Shown here piece after piece: positions 39,338 through 52,992 of a stretch of 64,000 nt of DNA. Numbering within the stretch: the stretch's first letter is position 1; every line of letters starts with the position of its first letter. Origin of the DNA: Thalia democratica. Lineage: Eukaryota. The position numbers and the translations under genes are program-made. The notes below the pieces were generated by a model. It did no database searches, was not told the origin of the DNA, and was given only the letters and a program-made list of their open reading frames with translations. The stretch spans positions 77,190,001 through 77,254,000 of the forward strand of contig OZ241826.1 of NCBI GenBank assembly GCA_965202585.1. Direction: 5' to 3'.

Positions 39338-39362
39338 GTCACGTGACAAATATTTATTGGCC
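39338..39362. promoter_or_regulatory. Palindromic E-box (GTCACGTGAC, USF/TFE-type) next to a CCAAT box (ATTGG)
   Basis: GTCACGTGAC at 39338-39347 and ATTGGCC at 39356-39362, adjoining a GC/CpG-richer block at 39160-39330. Confidence 0.4.
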
Positions 39363-40747
39363 AAAAAAGTTTTTTACAATCTACCTTTAACCTGATGTAA
39401 ACATACCCAATGTCTACGGGCTAATCATTATACTAACTTTGATACATTTTAAGCGTTGTTTGGTATTATAAAATATTGTTTTAAAGTAGGTTTTAAAATA
39501 TTTTATAAAGATAGTTTTTTCATTATATTGTTAGCTTCTAGATAAAACTTAAATACACTTTTATAACTGTTTTTTTATTATTATTATAATTTAATTTAAC
39601 TGAAAATGTTATTAAATATTATAAACTATCTTTTCAGCTTTTAAACTTTTTAGTAAACAAATAGCTTCTAGACATGTCCAAGCTAGTAAAAATATCAAAA
39701 AGTAATGCACAAAAGCGTTTTGAAAAAACCATTACAAAATCTTCTATAGGGAATTCTAAACAAGGTAATTGTAAAACAAAATACTTCTTTTAGGCTTGTA
39801 TTATAGCAAAGAATAATATAACCATCTGACCTATTATCACAATGATCTGACTTGTGGTCATTATGGATAAAAAGTCTAATATGGTTACGAGGGATAAAAG
39901 ACATCATAGGGGAGCGAAATATGGAAATTTAAATGTTATAATTTTATTGATGCGTTACTAAAAACTAAGTAATTGTATGAATGCAATTTCATTCATTTTA
40001 ATCGACTGTATTTTACTTTTTGTTTAAATTACTTGTTATAAGTTTCTAAATTCTAAATACATAAATTAGGTCAGAAGGCTTTCTGTTCTTAATTCTGTTA
40101 ATCTATTTATTATCTACCACTATTTTTAAGACTTTTAGATTTTATAAAGTAGTAAATAAGTATATAGAAAAGGAAATTTGTAAAATATAAATAAACTATA
40201 AATTCGAAAACTAATAAAATTAGTTTTCGATCTTGACTAGATTAACAGCAACTTAAGAATACTTTAATCTAGATATTAAACACGATTAAAGCTAATACTA
40301 CTTTTTATAACACACAACGATACTAACACAATCACGAATGAGTAGTCGGTGTTGGGGGAGAAAACCCGTTTAGTAAACGAAACCCAGGGGAAATCGGAGT
40401 AAACTGGATAAATCTGGATCGACCTCTTCGAAATGTGGTGAACTAATGACCCTGAACTAGATAACAAGGGTGCTCGATTAGTCTTGTCTTCGACACGATC
40501 GTAGTAAATGACGTAACTAGAACGGTGATGACGTAATAACTTTTCGCTTTTTCCCAAGAAACAACCCGAAAAATGTTGTTTAAGTAACTTAGTAACTTAA
40601 CTTGACTTTCGGTACAAAGACCAAAACAAAAGCCGTCGCGTCCGCGGGACTAGTGCCTATATGCCAATAATTTGAGAGAATCGGGTTTTTTTCTCGGCAA
40701 ATAATTTATTTTCCGCGGAAACTTCGAAGAATTAAAAAAACAACATA

Positions 40748-42420
40748 TGGAAAAATTTTCCAAGGAGGAACTGTGTCATATATTTTAGAAAGTCGGTTAA
40801 AATGACAAATTCATAGGGAAATTTATTATTATTTAGTGTAAGGAAATTCAAATAAAGGACTACGTCCTTACAATAACAAAAAACAAACAAAATGTTTTAC
40901 TAAAAACATAAAGATTTCAGTAAAATTAAAAGAAACTGTTGAACAAGCTTATACGACTGTACAAACTTTATAAATGTTTTTTAGATGAAATACAGGTTGA
41001 AGAAAACAAATTAGCGGCAGCTTTAAAACAGAACAAGCTGATGTTAAATGATGATGATAGTCTACAAGTATCCGACTTTATAAAAAACAAAATAACTAAA
41101 GATAACGTTCTTGTCTTTCACAATTTAGCAGAACTTTACAAACTACCTACTGTTTCTGAGTCATCTTTTATGCTTATAAAAAATGTTTTCCAATGGTAGT
41201 TGAAACTCTAAGCTTTTTACACAAATACTTTGGTCTTGTTGCAAAAATACTAAGTAGTTCTGGACTTAAAGTATTTAATGCAGCAAATGCTTGGTTAAAA
41301 AACACAACAGTGAACGTAGCAAATATGCAAAACAACGGTTACTAGAAGTCGACTTTCTATGTTGTCAGAACACGCATTAAATTATATTTTAGATAGAACT
41401 TTTTCATTAATGGGAAAATATGAATGTTTTTAACATAGTGAAAGTAGTTTTGTCAGACGAGACCAACTCATATCATAATTGTAGTTATAACCACACAAGT
41501 AGGTATTGTAACCAGAATAATTTCAACGTACTAATTTTCGGTGGATTTGATACAAAACGAGCAGCTTGTGTGGCAAATGTGCGTAAAGCTGATAGAAGCA
41601 ATCTTAAAAGTGTAGATGTTCTTTCTAAAATGAAAACGGAGAAAAAAAACGATTTGAAACTTGTTGTTTGAAATGAGAAGTATGTAGTCGGTTGTCGTTA
41701 CAGTGCTGGTAATTTGTTAAAAGTAGTTGAAAAATATTCACCTTTCACTGACACGTGGAATGAGGTAACAAATATGGTTGATGAACGTCGGTCTTTTTGT
41801 GTTTATCCATTCATAGAAAGTATATTTATCGTTATTGTAACTATAATGGTTATAATTATGCAACACCAATCACTTCATGTTTACAGTTTGATACAAAATA
41901 CCAAAGTTCGAAAAAGGTTTCTGGAATGATTGTAAAACAATATTGTCCAGCATGCGCAATTTTTCAAGGAAATGTTGTTGTTTCTGGTGGATACGATACT
42001 AATGGACGTATGCTAAACTCAGTAGAATCATGTGATATTTTTGCAGACAAATGGTCGCCAATGCCTAACATGGTTTGAAGTATAAGTAGTCATAGTTTAG
42101 TTGTTGTAAAAGATAAACTGTTTGTTATTGGTCGTTTAACATACACTTGTGAAGTTTTTGATAATGACAGTAAGAATTTTCCTGTTTAGGAATCCACTTT
42201 TACCTGTAACAAGTGTGTGGCAGAATTTTGTTGTTTTTAGGAATCAGCCTTTTATTTCCTTTAACAAGTGTGTGGTAGTTGGTTATAAAGTTCTAATATT
42301 TCAAGAGCATAGATCATTGGTAATTTGTTAAGATGTTGATAAAGATGAATGGTTTGAAGAAGCATACAAAGTAACGTGGCACCTTGTCGGTTTTTCCTGT
42401 GCGAAGTTACCTTCGTATTT
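40748..42420 (+). pseudogene. Intronless BACK-domain/Kelch-repeat protein pseudogene
   Basis: Fragments in shifting frames: IKNKITKDNVLVFHNLAELYKL, CFPMVVETLSF..GLVAKILSSSGLKVFNAANAWL (BACK), TSRYCNQNNFNVLIFGGFD, VEKYSPFTDTWNEV, CAIFQGNVVVSGGYD..LNSVESCDIFADKWSPMPNM, DKLFVIG, CAKLP (Kelch). Several in-frame stops and frameshifts, and a small internal duplication at about 42175-42275. Confidence 0.9.
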
Positions 42421-45400
42421 ACACATTCTGTTAAAACAAGCTATGTACTGAGATTTGCTTTTTACTTAAATATATATGATACTGTAATGTAAATAATGTA
42501 ATATTTATAAAAACAATTAGTAATTTATCATTTTGACTGTTGCGTTTTTATTTATTTCTAAACAAAAGTTGTAAATTTTAATAAACATTCTTTGGTATTA
42601 TGTTTGAAATTGCTTTGAAGTTGTAAATTTTTATAGGAATTGTTTATGTAAGTTATTTAGAGTAGGTTGGGCAATACTTCTAGTTGAGGGAACAAATGTA
42701 GAAAAAGTTAGTTATCTGTGAACATGAGAATTTCGAAACCTATTGGTTCACGAAAGTTGTGGAAGTGTAGTGCATTAAATTAGAATAAACGTTAAATAAA
42801 AGAGTATTTCTATTTATTTTGTTAGATTTCTATCTAATTTGGGCTTAAAATTTACAAAAAAAAAGTGTTAGATTTAATAAATAACTTCAGCGACAAAAAT
42901 CACTTAAGGTTGATATCTTAAAGTTCAATTATATTTACATATATAAAATATAAAAGTTTTTTACGTTTCAAAACTATTTGCTGAAATATTACATTAATAA
43001 TAGGTCATTTAGTAAGTAATATTATCGTACAACACAACTTCATTTTACTTTTTAATAAATAAGCTAAAGGCTATGTTACAGTAAGAGATATCAATGATGT
43101 TATGCACGTACCTTGAATTCCAAGCAAAACGCGTACCTAAGTAAAAATTTACTTTACAGGTTACGGATAAACGCTGCCCTTAAAAGAGCGATTAACAAGT
43201 AGTACTTAATGATTTAGTTAAAAAGAGTTAGGTTCTAGTTTGTTTTAGACTTAATAAAAAAATAACTTGGTATACTTTTATGAATCATAACATATTAATG
43301 TTTTTTTAAGTAATATAAGTAAACATATTGTTTTTCTCAAAGAATTTTTGATAATACTCAAATTCATAAACTTTTAAAGTGCTAATCATATCGGTTATTT
43401 ACACGCATGTGCGAAAAAATTGATACACGTAAATTAAAATAAATAATAACAATTTTTTTCTATAATTACTAAAAGTTAGTTGAACTTGTAAAGTAAGAGT
43501 TTGAGTTGTCGTGCACTCAAAGGACTTTAAAACTGGTTATATTGTAAAATGCTTATTATTCGGTGTTTGTTAAACAACTTAGTCGAAAATCTTTAATGAA
43601 AATTTCAGGTTGAAACAGAACAAGTGGTAAAATGCCCTTATTTTACAATTTAACAATCTTTTTTTTTAAATTGAAACAAATTTCACTTGGTGATTCGTAT
43701 CCTGCCTGCTTTATAAGTACGCTACCAGCCCCTACTCTATAGCTGTTCTTTATAAATGATTATAAACTATTTTTTACATATAAACATGTATTTTTATGTA
43801 AAACATAAAATAATTACACAGTTGTAGTTATTACTTTTCTTCTAATTATAACTTTAAATAATTTAAAAAAAATATTAGTTTTTAACTTCGTCACGAGTGT
43901 TACATGTTGATTATTTGTATTAACAAAAATAAGTCAATATAAAATATAAATATAACATAAATATAACTTATACTTTAATGTTATAAAATTATGTATTATA
44001 AAATATAAAGGTATGAGTGCGACTTGCACGTCCTTCAAATATTTTAGTCCTGCTGTCCACAGCCTAAATAAAATATTTATTATATAAAGTTACTATATAT
44101 TATTTACTGACTAATTTGAGTCTAAAACAGTTGCCATCATAAATAATTTTGTTAAATTAACAGGGTTTATGAGCTAAATTTGAATGAAAAATCTCTAAAA
44201 AACACTTTAAGCTAAAACAAGCCATACTTAAACAGCCTATTTAAATACTTAAATGAATGTAAATAATTAATTATAAAAGTACCAATAATGTGGCCAGTCC
44301 ATTTCTTTATCATAACTTCTTTATGTCTTTGTAAAGAAAAATGAACAAATTTTTATAGAGTAAGTAGAATAAAAAAACAAAAAGTTTAAAATTTTAAACG
44401 TATAAATTTAGTAAGTTTAAATTCAAGTCTAATTATAAAATATTTTGAAAGTTTAAAAATAAAGTCTAAATTTTTTTTTGAAAAGTTAGGTACTAGTACT
44501 CTTATTTTTTATCGTCTTCATTTTGATTTCCCTATTTTAACTTTTATAAAAAAACACATTTACACTTAAACAAAAAATACTCAATAAACTACTTGAAAAA
44601 GTCCCAAGAACGTCAAATATAAATCTGGTTACTGTACGTGCTTTTTTTTAAACTTAAAATACCATGCCAGAATGTCTTTTAGCTAGCTTCGCAACATTTA
44701 CAACTATGGTTATATTGAAGTTCAATAACTGAGCCATAACTATAAACTTATTTAATTTCAATAATTGTAATAACATGAAAACTGTTTAGCTTGTTTGTTT
44801 CTTTTATAAAACTCTATTTATATACCTTAAGATCATATAATTAATTAAAAAAAAGTTTTACTTAAAGTATCATATCTTAAGTTTATTTTAAAATTAGCAA
44901 GTTGACTAAAATATCAATTTTATTAAAACTTAAAATTCTGATAAATAAACTGTTATTTTAATAAAATTTCATTAATTTTTTATTGTTGCTCATTAAACTT
45001 GTTTAACTGATTATAATTTAAAACTAACTATAATGCTAAAATATTAAAGTTAAGTTCAGCTGCTTTAACATTGAAATCAAACAAAAGTAATGAATTAAAA
45101 TCACAAAACAATTTCTATAGTTGATTTACTCTACATGAATTTATATAGTAAAAACAGAAATAAACTTACGTAAAAATATTGAATGTCAATAAAATGTCTA
45201 TAAGGTTACTACTCGCTAACGAATTCAACTCCGTTGCGCCCATCATGTAAAACAATTTAAAACAGTAAAACATTTTATTCCGTTACGGTATGTTTAATTT
45301 AAGAGAGATAGTACTTCAGTGATTCATACTAATGAGATTAGTTATTCTTTCTACCAAACTAAAATAACTTTGCAAAATTTAGACTGGTTTTTTAGCCGAA

Positions 45401-47859
45401 CAGATTAGATTCTTCACTTATAAAAAGTTTAAAAATACATGGTACAATTTATAGTAATCTAAGCCCTGATAATTCGTTTTGAAGAATGGTTTTATTTTTA
45501 AACTTTGGCTAGCGACCATCATACGCCTGCCGACCTCTGGATAAAAGTAGCGATTGTTTTTAGTTTTGTGTTAAGGGGGCGACTTTGAAAGTGTGTTTTG
45601 AAAAAATCTGTTTAAGAGTGAATTGTCTTTAGTAGAAAAAAATTTTAGATGTTATAAAGACGACGTCAACGAAGGAATTTTCATTTGTCCTAAAGCGAGT
45701 TTAAGTTTGTTACCAACAAAAATTGACCGTATAATTTGATCATCATAGAAAAGCTTACGGTAGAATAAGACTCTTATTTAAACTACTAGCTTTTTTTAAT
45801 GTTTTTATTTTTTAACGTTAAATATTTTTTTTATTTAAAGTAAACACTGTTTTGTGTAACTAAAATATTGATTCCTTTAATTTAACTAAAAGGAAGTAAA
45901 AACAAAATATATAAAACCTTGTATACTAGTTTTTAGTGTGTTGTTTAGATTTAAAAATGTTGTCAAAAAAGTTGACGATGTTTAAGTCTATAAATCACTT
46001 TTTAATTTTTAATAAGTTGATTACTACTTTAACAAAATAAATCAGTAGACGAGCTTTACTTAACAAAATATTAAACTATTTTTAAATCTTTAACTATTTT
46101 TAAGCAAACTGGTAGTATCTTAACAAAAAAGTAAAGTATAATATTAATTTAGTGCTTTATAACTGGTAAATACAATTACTTTACTAAAAAGCCTCTTACA
46201 ATCATATGAAAATATTTATTTTGTTTTGCTTTTAAATTCTGGTCTACTAAATAACCTTTTACATCTGTCGCATAATTTAAAATCAAGATTTTTTTATTAG
46301 AATTTAAAGTTTAATTTAAAAACTTACTTAGTGGTAGATTAAACCCTAATTAAATTAATAAAAATGCTTATGATATTTAAGACTATAAAAATACATTATT
46401 TTTTTAAGTTTAAAAAAAAATAACTTACGAAACAACAACTTATATAGTTAAATCACCCTAAGTTCAGAAGGAAAAGGTTAAAAACTAAAATATGTTTTGT
46501 AAAACTTTGTGTGTAGTTTACAAAAGTGTTTGACACTATGAAATCACCAAATATGTCATTTGTAAGCTGAACAAAATACCGTAAACCTATTATCTTTAAT
46601 TTTAATTATACCAAAGATATTTTATCTTTTGCTAAAAATAAAGTTTTATAAATTTTTCTAAGTTTATTAGCAATTATACAACTCATCTAATCTCACACAT
46701 GACAACTCAGTTATTCACACCCTTCATTCCAATTACAACTGCGGTCGTAAACCCGTCAGAAGCCTGTTTAAACCGTCGACTTTTTTGGTATGAAAAAGTA
46801 AAAATCCATCACCAAATAAAAACCAATCGCTCAAACGCAAAACGGCGTGTAGCAAAAGCTTTTAAAAGCTACGAGGGTCGTAAATCAAGATTAGCGTTCT
46901 GACTGTTTGAAACGCCACCGTCGTCAATCAATCAGACGGTGAAGGGAAGGCAAACAAACAAACCGCTTGAAAAATTCTGTAAATTAAATGGATGTGTTTT
47001 TTTTTTCAATAAAACGGATTACGGGTTGTTTGTGTTTCGGAATTGGAGGGTTTGCTCGTTATAGCTGTGTTGGTAAATAAATAGTTTTTAATTAACACGT
47101 TTAAAAATTAGTACAGACATAAATCAATTTGAATTATTTTTTGAAAAACTAAAGTTTCAATATTTTGCCTCATTATATAGTTATGAATAATACTAACAAA
47201 AAGTTAAACTATTGTATAAAAAAAGGTAATGCTTAGTGGTCACTAATAAGATTACGGTGTTTAAAATCATTTAACAGTTTTATTGCACTAGACGTTCTAA
47301 ATCAATCATAGTTTGAAATTTATCGATGTTTTATCAGGTAACCTTCTACAGTAAATTTTACTTATAACAATTGAGATTTGTTTTAAAATAAGTCTAATTA
47401 ATATCTAATTTAGAAAAATTTAAAACAGTTAAAAACATTTCTTTACAATAGTCCAATGAAAACTAAATATTTCTAAACAAAATAATTTTTTTATGATAGA
47501 TTTTTTGAACAATGCTAAATTTAATTTTTTTTATTCCAACAAAACAACATTTCAAAGTTGTTTAAAACTACTTAAAAATAATTTTAGAAAAATCGACAAT
47601 TACTAAACTGACATTTCAAAAATTTATGATGCATAAATAATTTTTAAAACACTCTTTCTTTTCTAATTCTAGTACATTTAAAGCAAAGGTAACAGTATTT
47701 TGATTTTGCAATTTTTTTCTTAAACAATCGCAAGCTTAAATAAATGTGGTCATGCTAGTACACACAATTCACCGAAATAGTTTTAAACTACTTTCTAATT
47801 TAAATTGCAGTTTGCATTCAAAAATGTGAATTAAGCCTTATAAAGTTTGCCTTTCACAA

Positions 47860-48187
47860 AGTTTGCGTTCAAATCAACTTGACGATCGACAAACAACGAG
47901 ATCCGAACAAAACTGCTTGTCATTTGTAATCGCGCGCAGTGATCGAAAAACACCTGTTGGCGCTGCGTTCGCGGTTATCATTTAATTTGCTGCAGCGATT
48001 AAGTTTGCTTGCTGATCGGCTTGACAGACGGGGATTAAACTTTTGTTTACCTTCTAACCTTCCAAATTAGAGCTCAATTTAATTGTTTGTCGAGTCAGCG
48101 AACAAAAGCTTTTGTTGTTCGACCTGGCTTCGCGTGACAGCTAAACTTTTAACACTTCTGCATGTTTTTATTTTGTTTGTGGTAAGT
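47860..48187. promoter_or_regulatory. Candidate cis-regulatory module or promoter downstream of the NET gene
   Basis: CpG-dense non-coding block with TGACAG x2, GGATTA, CACCTG, TGTTTAC and several TAATT sites; ends at a plus-strand G|GTAAGT. Confidence 0.4.
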
Positions 48188-49115
48188 ACAAGTTTAACTG
48201 TGTAATTTTTAAAGTTTATATACCGTACAAGCTATTAAAAAACTCAAACTTAAGTAATTCATGATTAATATTTATGAAAGTACTTCCTGGTAGTGATATT
48301 TTATACTATTCAAAGCGCTTTTTCTAAATTGTAGGTGATTTAATGTAAAACTTTTAGAATAAACAGAGACAAAGAATGTTTGTATTTGTTTTGTTTTTTG
48401 ACCCATTAGACAAGTAAACATTTGTTTAGGTAGTTAATTAATCTAAAAATAATGACGTTATGTTTTTTATCGTTTAAAAGGAAAGCTTAAATGAAAAATA
48501 AATACTAAAAAAACAAGCATTTATAATTTTTGTATCAATCATAAATCAGTTATATAACAACATCATGTTAGATTTTATCTTTTTATTATCAGGTCTTAAA
48601 AAAAGATGTTAGATTTCGAAAAAAAAAGTTTTAGTTGGTTGAAGTTTATAATTTTTTGAAAGTGTTTCTATAAAGAAAATTTGTAAAAGTTAACTGAAAA
48701 AAAAAATACAAAAACAAAAATAAAACTGGAAGTAAGCAGTAAATAGCAATAAGCTTTCATAGATTACGATAAATAGATTGCACATATGATAAATAAAAAA
48801 GTTTGTTTAAATACCCTGTAACAACAAAATAAAACTGTAAAATATAGAATTCAGTTCATTACTAAACTTATCACAACTTTTTTATGCCTAATTGTGAGAT
48901 GAGATTGTAAAAAAGTCTAAATCTATTGCTTTGGACTAAACTACTATTAGGCCCAACAGATTAAACTACTATTAAAAGTATACATAAATTATTTGTCATT
49001 ATTGTCAATAATTAAATGTGTTTATGTTTTAAGGTCAAAATGGTACGAATTTGTCCCTTTATTTATAAAATATTAAGTAAAGACAAAACTGCTAGCTTTT
49101 ATAAAGTCTTAACAA

Positions 49116-50322
49116 TTAGAAAAACTCTAAAGGGTTTTTGTAATTGAACAACCTGGCAAAGTAGTTTTGGGTGGCGATGTGCTCAAGCTGACTTTGTTGG
49201 TACTGCGTCATGTTGTAAGCTGGTTGGAGAATCTGATTCGTTTGCAAGCTGCTGATTGCTGGATATGAAGGTTGTTGTGACGTCATAGCGTGAGTTTGAA
49301 GGTGGGAGAGAAGTTGGTCGGAAGTGGAAAACTTCTTGCCGCAAGTGACGTTATTGACCATCCAGTTGCAGACGTGCTGAGAACTTTTCAGCTGATCTTC
49401 GATTGTCTTCATGTAGTAATGCATTGGATTCATCATCTGCATTTGAAATTGTGCTTGGTGATTAAAGTTATTTTGATAATGATTATGATAAAAGAGGTTG
49501 CTGTGTAAAAGCTGGTTGTTTTGGTGCAACATGGAATAAAGAGAAGCATTTCCGTAATTAGAATTGCCAGAAAAACCAGTAAACTCTGTGTTTTTCACAG
49601 TATCTTTCCTCACAGGAGTAAGCCTCAGTTTTTTTGATGAGCTAACATTTTCATTTGATGAGTTTTGACTGTTAGGGCGCTTTGAAACTTTACTGGCCGG
49701 TCTGTCAATGCTAACATTTTCGTCAGTCGGTTTATTAAATGATTTCGCCGTTTTTGTTGGTGATACGTGTTCAGTTTTAGGTGTCAGGGTACTTTTATTA
49801 GCTTCTTCTTTTCTTTGCTCTTTTTGCTGCCGACTGAATTTTTCTTCTTGTTGTTGTGTTGCAGGTGATGGGTAAGTCGCAGTGGCAGCCGGTCTGTTGG
49901 TTGAACTGAGGTTGCTTTCAATTGCTGAACATGATTGGACGAGCAGCGCCAGTGGAGACTGCTTTAAATTGATCTGCCAGAACAATAATGTATTAAAAAC
50001 AATGACTTACACAAATATAGAAAAAACGATAGATACGTTTTTAATACTTACTTAATAAATGTTACTATTTTTAAAACAATTCTTTTTGTCATTAAAACTA
50101 AAAAAAATGTTTAAAATTCTTAATAATATAAAAAAAGATATATGCTTTACTTTTTTCGGAAAAAAAAAGCTTTGCTAAAACAAAAATACAAAAACTTGCT
50201 TTAGTTTAAACACAAACTTTTAGCTTTAAAAAAAATTATATAAAACTTTTGTTTACCTGCGGTGTGTCTTTCTCGGGTTGCAAGTATTTGTTAAGAAAAA
50301 TATTTTCCTGCTTAATTGACAT
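49116..50322 (-). CDS. ZNF503/703-like: NET/NocA-family (ZNF503/ZNF703, Nlz, Elbow/Noc-like) zinc-finger protein, 2 exons, 307 aa
   Basis: Exon 1 50322-50257 MSIKQENIFLNKYLQPEKDTPQ|GTAAAC; exon 2 49973-49116 begins INLKQSPLALLVQSCSAIE (Sp motif). Single atypical C2H2 finger HVCNWMVNNVTCGKKFSTSDQLLSHLQTH. The intron sits between YLQP and SPLALL, as recalled for NET genes. Confidence 0.93.
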
Positions 50323-52992
50323 TTTGCTACAAAAATATGACAGTTTCTAAAAGTTAATTTCTTAGAAACTTATTCAAAGTTGTAAATAAATAATTCTAAC
50401 GAGACGCTTTTTGATGTTATAAACAGAACATTGAAACAAAAGTAGTTTTCAAATCATACAAAACGAGAGAGCTTTGACGCTTTTTTACCTCTCTCGTTAA
50501 TTTGATCATTTGTTTTTAATTACACAAAATCAATTTCTCCACGTTTATTTACGTACTTTTATTCGATTTAATATAATAAATTTATTGAGTTTATAATTCA
50601 AAATTTAATTATAAAATAAGCTTATGTTTAAAAGTACTCTGGGTTTTAATTTAAAGTCACAAAATGTTTATATAAAGTAAAGATTAGTTGCATGTCAACA
50701 AATTTATTAAACAGTTTGCTCTGTATAGTGTTAAAATCAATAGTACTCATAACTTACAGACGAGAAAACAAAAGTGATGATTTTATTTTAAAGGCTTTGA
50801 AAAAATATTTTTTTAAAACGGTTAATTTTTGATTAAAGTTACTTCTCAATCGGGAAACATAAAGTACTTTTATTATATAATAGAAAATATTGTAGATTAA
50901 ATGAGTAACATTAAAAAAAGCAAACAAACAAAAACGTTAAGAAAGTTTTAATATATAATTTTTGAATCGTATACTTATAATATTATTTTATTAAGATGAG
51001 TTATTTTTAACTACTGCATTATTTAAATACTTTTCTGATTAAGAGCTGTTTATGATTGATAGCAGCTAATTTATTTATCATAATTAAACTCAAATTTCGA
51101 CTTTAGCTTTGTCTTTTCATTGTTTTACATAAATCGCAAATATTTTCTTCAACTGTTCTGACATTGCGAATTAGCAATAGATCAAAATTACTTTTATTAC
51201 AAGTTTTTTAAACTCGACACAAACTAACCGTTAGCTCGTTTAAACTCGTAAAGACGTCTCCATTAATCAAATATTAGTTTGAATTAGTTTTGCGCATGGT
51301 TTTTTTTTTTGAATTTTAGCTAAAAGTTAAGCTTAGCAAATATCTTAGGTAATAAAAACCAACATATTGCACATGTAATTTTTGTTGCATAACAAAAATA
51401 ATAAGTAACACAACCTATACTCATAAAAACTTAAACTTAGATAAGATACCTAGTTAGAACTGTAAATTGATTATAAGATAAGAGCTAGAGTGTACCTAAA
51501 AAGCTTCAAAGTAAACTGTTTTGTTGAAATTTCTTTGTAGTTTCTAGCTTAACAGCTTAAAACATTTGAAGTATTATTTCTAAAATAAACTGGTATTAAT
51601 TATGTTATATATTTTTGTTGTTAAATTTATTTCATACTATCTTAAAAACCTGTTTATATACTAAACTGAAACTTATACCAAAATTTAGTCAACTGTACAG
51701 CTTAACATAGCAGTAAATAACTTGCAATATCAAACTTTCTGTTTTTTATGTTTAAGTATGCATACTACTTTAGGTACTTTTTAGTTTCTTTTTCAGCAAA
51801 ACTAACTTTTTTGTAAGAAGCGTTTATACAAAACCACTTTTAGTTTTAAATGTACTTTCGTTATTATTTCGAAAGCTTTATCACAAACATAAACAAGCTG
51901 ATAAACTATCTTTATTGTAGAGATGGTGTTTTATTCGAGATTCTTAAATCAATTAAGGCGACTTTAACTTTTCGTCAACAAACATTTTAGAAAATTTTCT
52001 GCATTTTCCATCCAAATCATTGTTCACATAAGTCGAGTTCATTAACTCGGATAATTTAGCAACTGTTTATACCTTCGTCGATTCAATTATATACCAATAA
52101 TTTAATCGAGGCAACTTTAACTGCTAAGGTAAATTTTGAGAAATTTTAAAAGGAAAGAATACGTTTAAAGTGCGTTTTTTGTGAAAGATAATATTTAAGT
52201 TAAACGTGCATAAGCTTTTTAAGTTAGTGTACTAGAAATTCTATCAAGCTTTTATTTGACATGAGTATAGAAAATAACTAAAACTTAAACATGTATATTT
52301 GTTTTTTAAAACTATACTATTAATAAAAAACTGACGTCAGTTTACCTATATGAGTAATAAAAAAAATATTCTAAGTTTTGTAATTAAATAATAAATTTAA
52401 TCAATTAATTTAGACAACTTGTTATTACTTTTGTTGTTTTAAGAAAGTTATGGTTTTAATACGTTTTATTGAGATTTTATTCACAAACAGATCATTGGAA
52501 ACTACAAAAAAAATGTAAGTTTTTGGAAAAAAAAAAAAAAGATTTATCTGATAAAGTTAATTGTACAACAAAGAAAATAGTAAGTTTGTTTTAACATTTT
52601 TATTGATTATATAATTTGTTTCTCTCTTTGTAAAATGCTATTAAAAAGTACTATCAAGTAGATTAATTTTGTGCAGTTTTAATTTAATAAAAACATTTGT
52701 TTTATAGAAAAAACCACCTACTCTATTTTAATCAAGTTCATAACAATTTTATCTCTTGTGTTAAAACTAGATGTATTAAAATATGTGTTTGAATTTGTTT
52801 CATATTTTTTAGTGGTTTTAACTTAATTTATTATTGTTGTCCGAGTAACTTTGTATAAAATTCAAAAATAATTTCTATAACAAAAAATCATTGCTTTATA
52901 ATCATGCAAAACTTAAACTTATAAAGAAGCTCTATATTTGTTATGATTTTTGTAATATTCTACTTGATTAATTTAGTTTAAATATCAATTAC

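Noticed and set aside
39695-39907. Minus ORF 70 aa as a receptor exon
   Set aside because: No acceptor AG between the upstream in-frame stop and the reading frame; no motif support.
40220-40660. Reversed (non-complemented) sequence artefact suggested by CpG much greater than GpC
   Set aside because: Reading the reversed string in three frames gave no long ORF, and other unmethylated blocks are also CpG-rich.
49290-49508. Plus ORF 72 aa
   Set aside because: Antisense of NET exon 2.
51900-52140. Exon 3 of the second BPI paralogue
   Set aside because: The phase-compatible frame hits an immediate stop, and there is no convincing similarity to 57819-57679.
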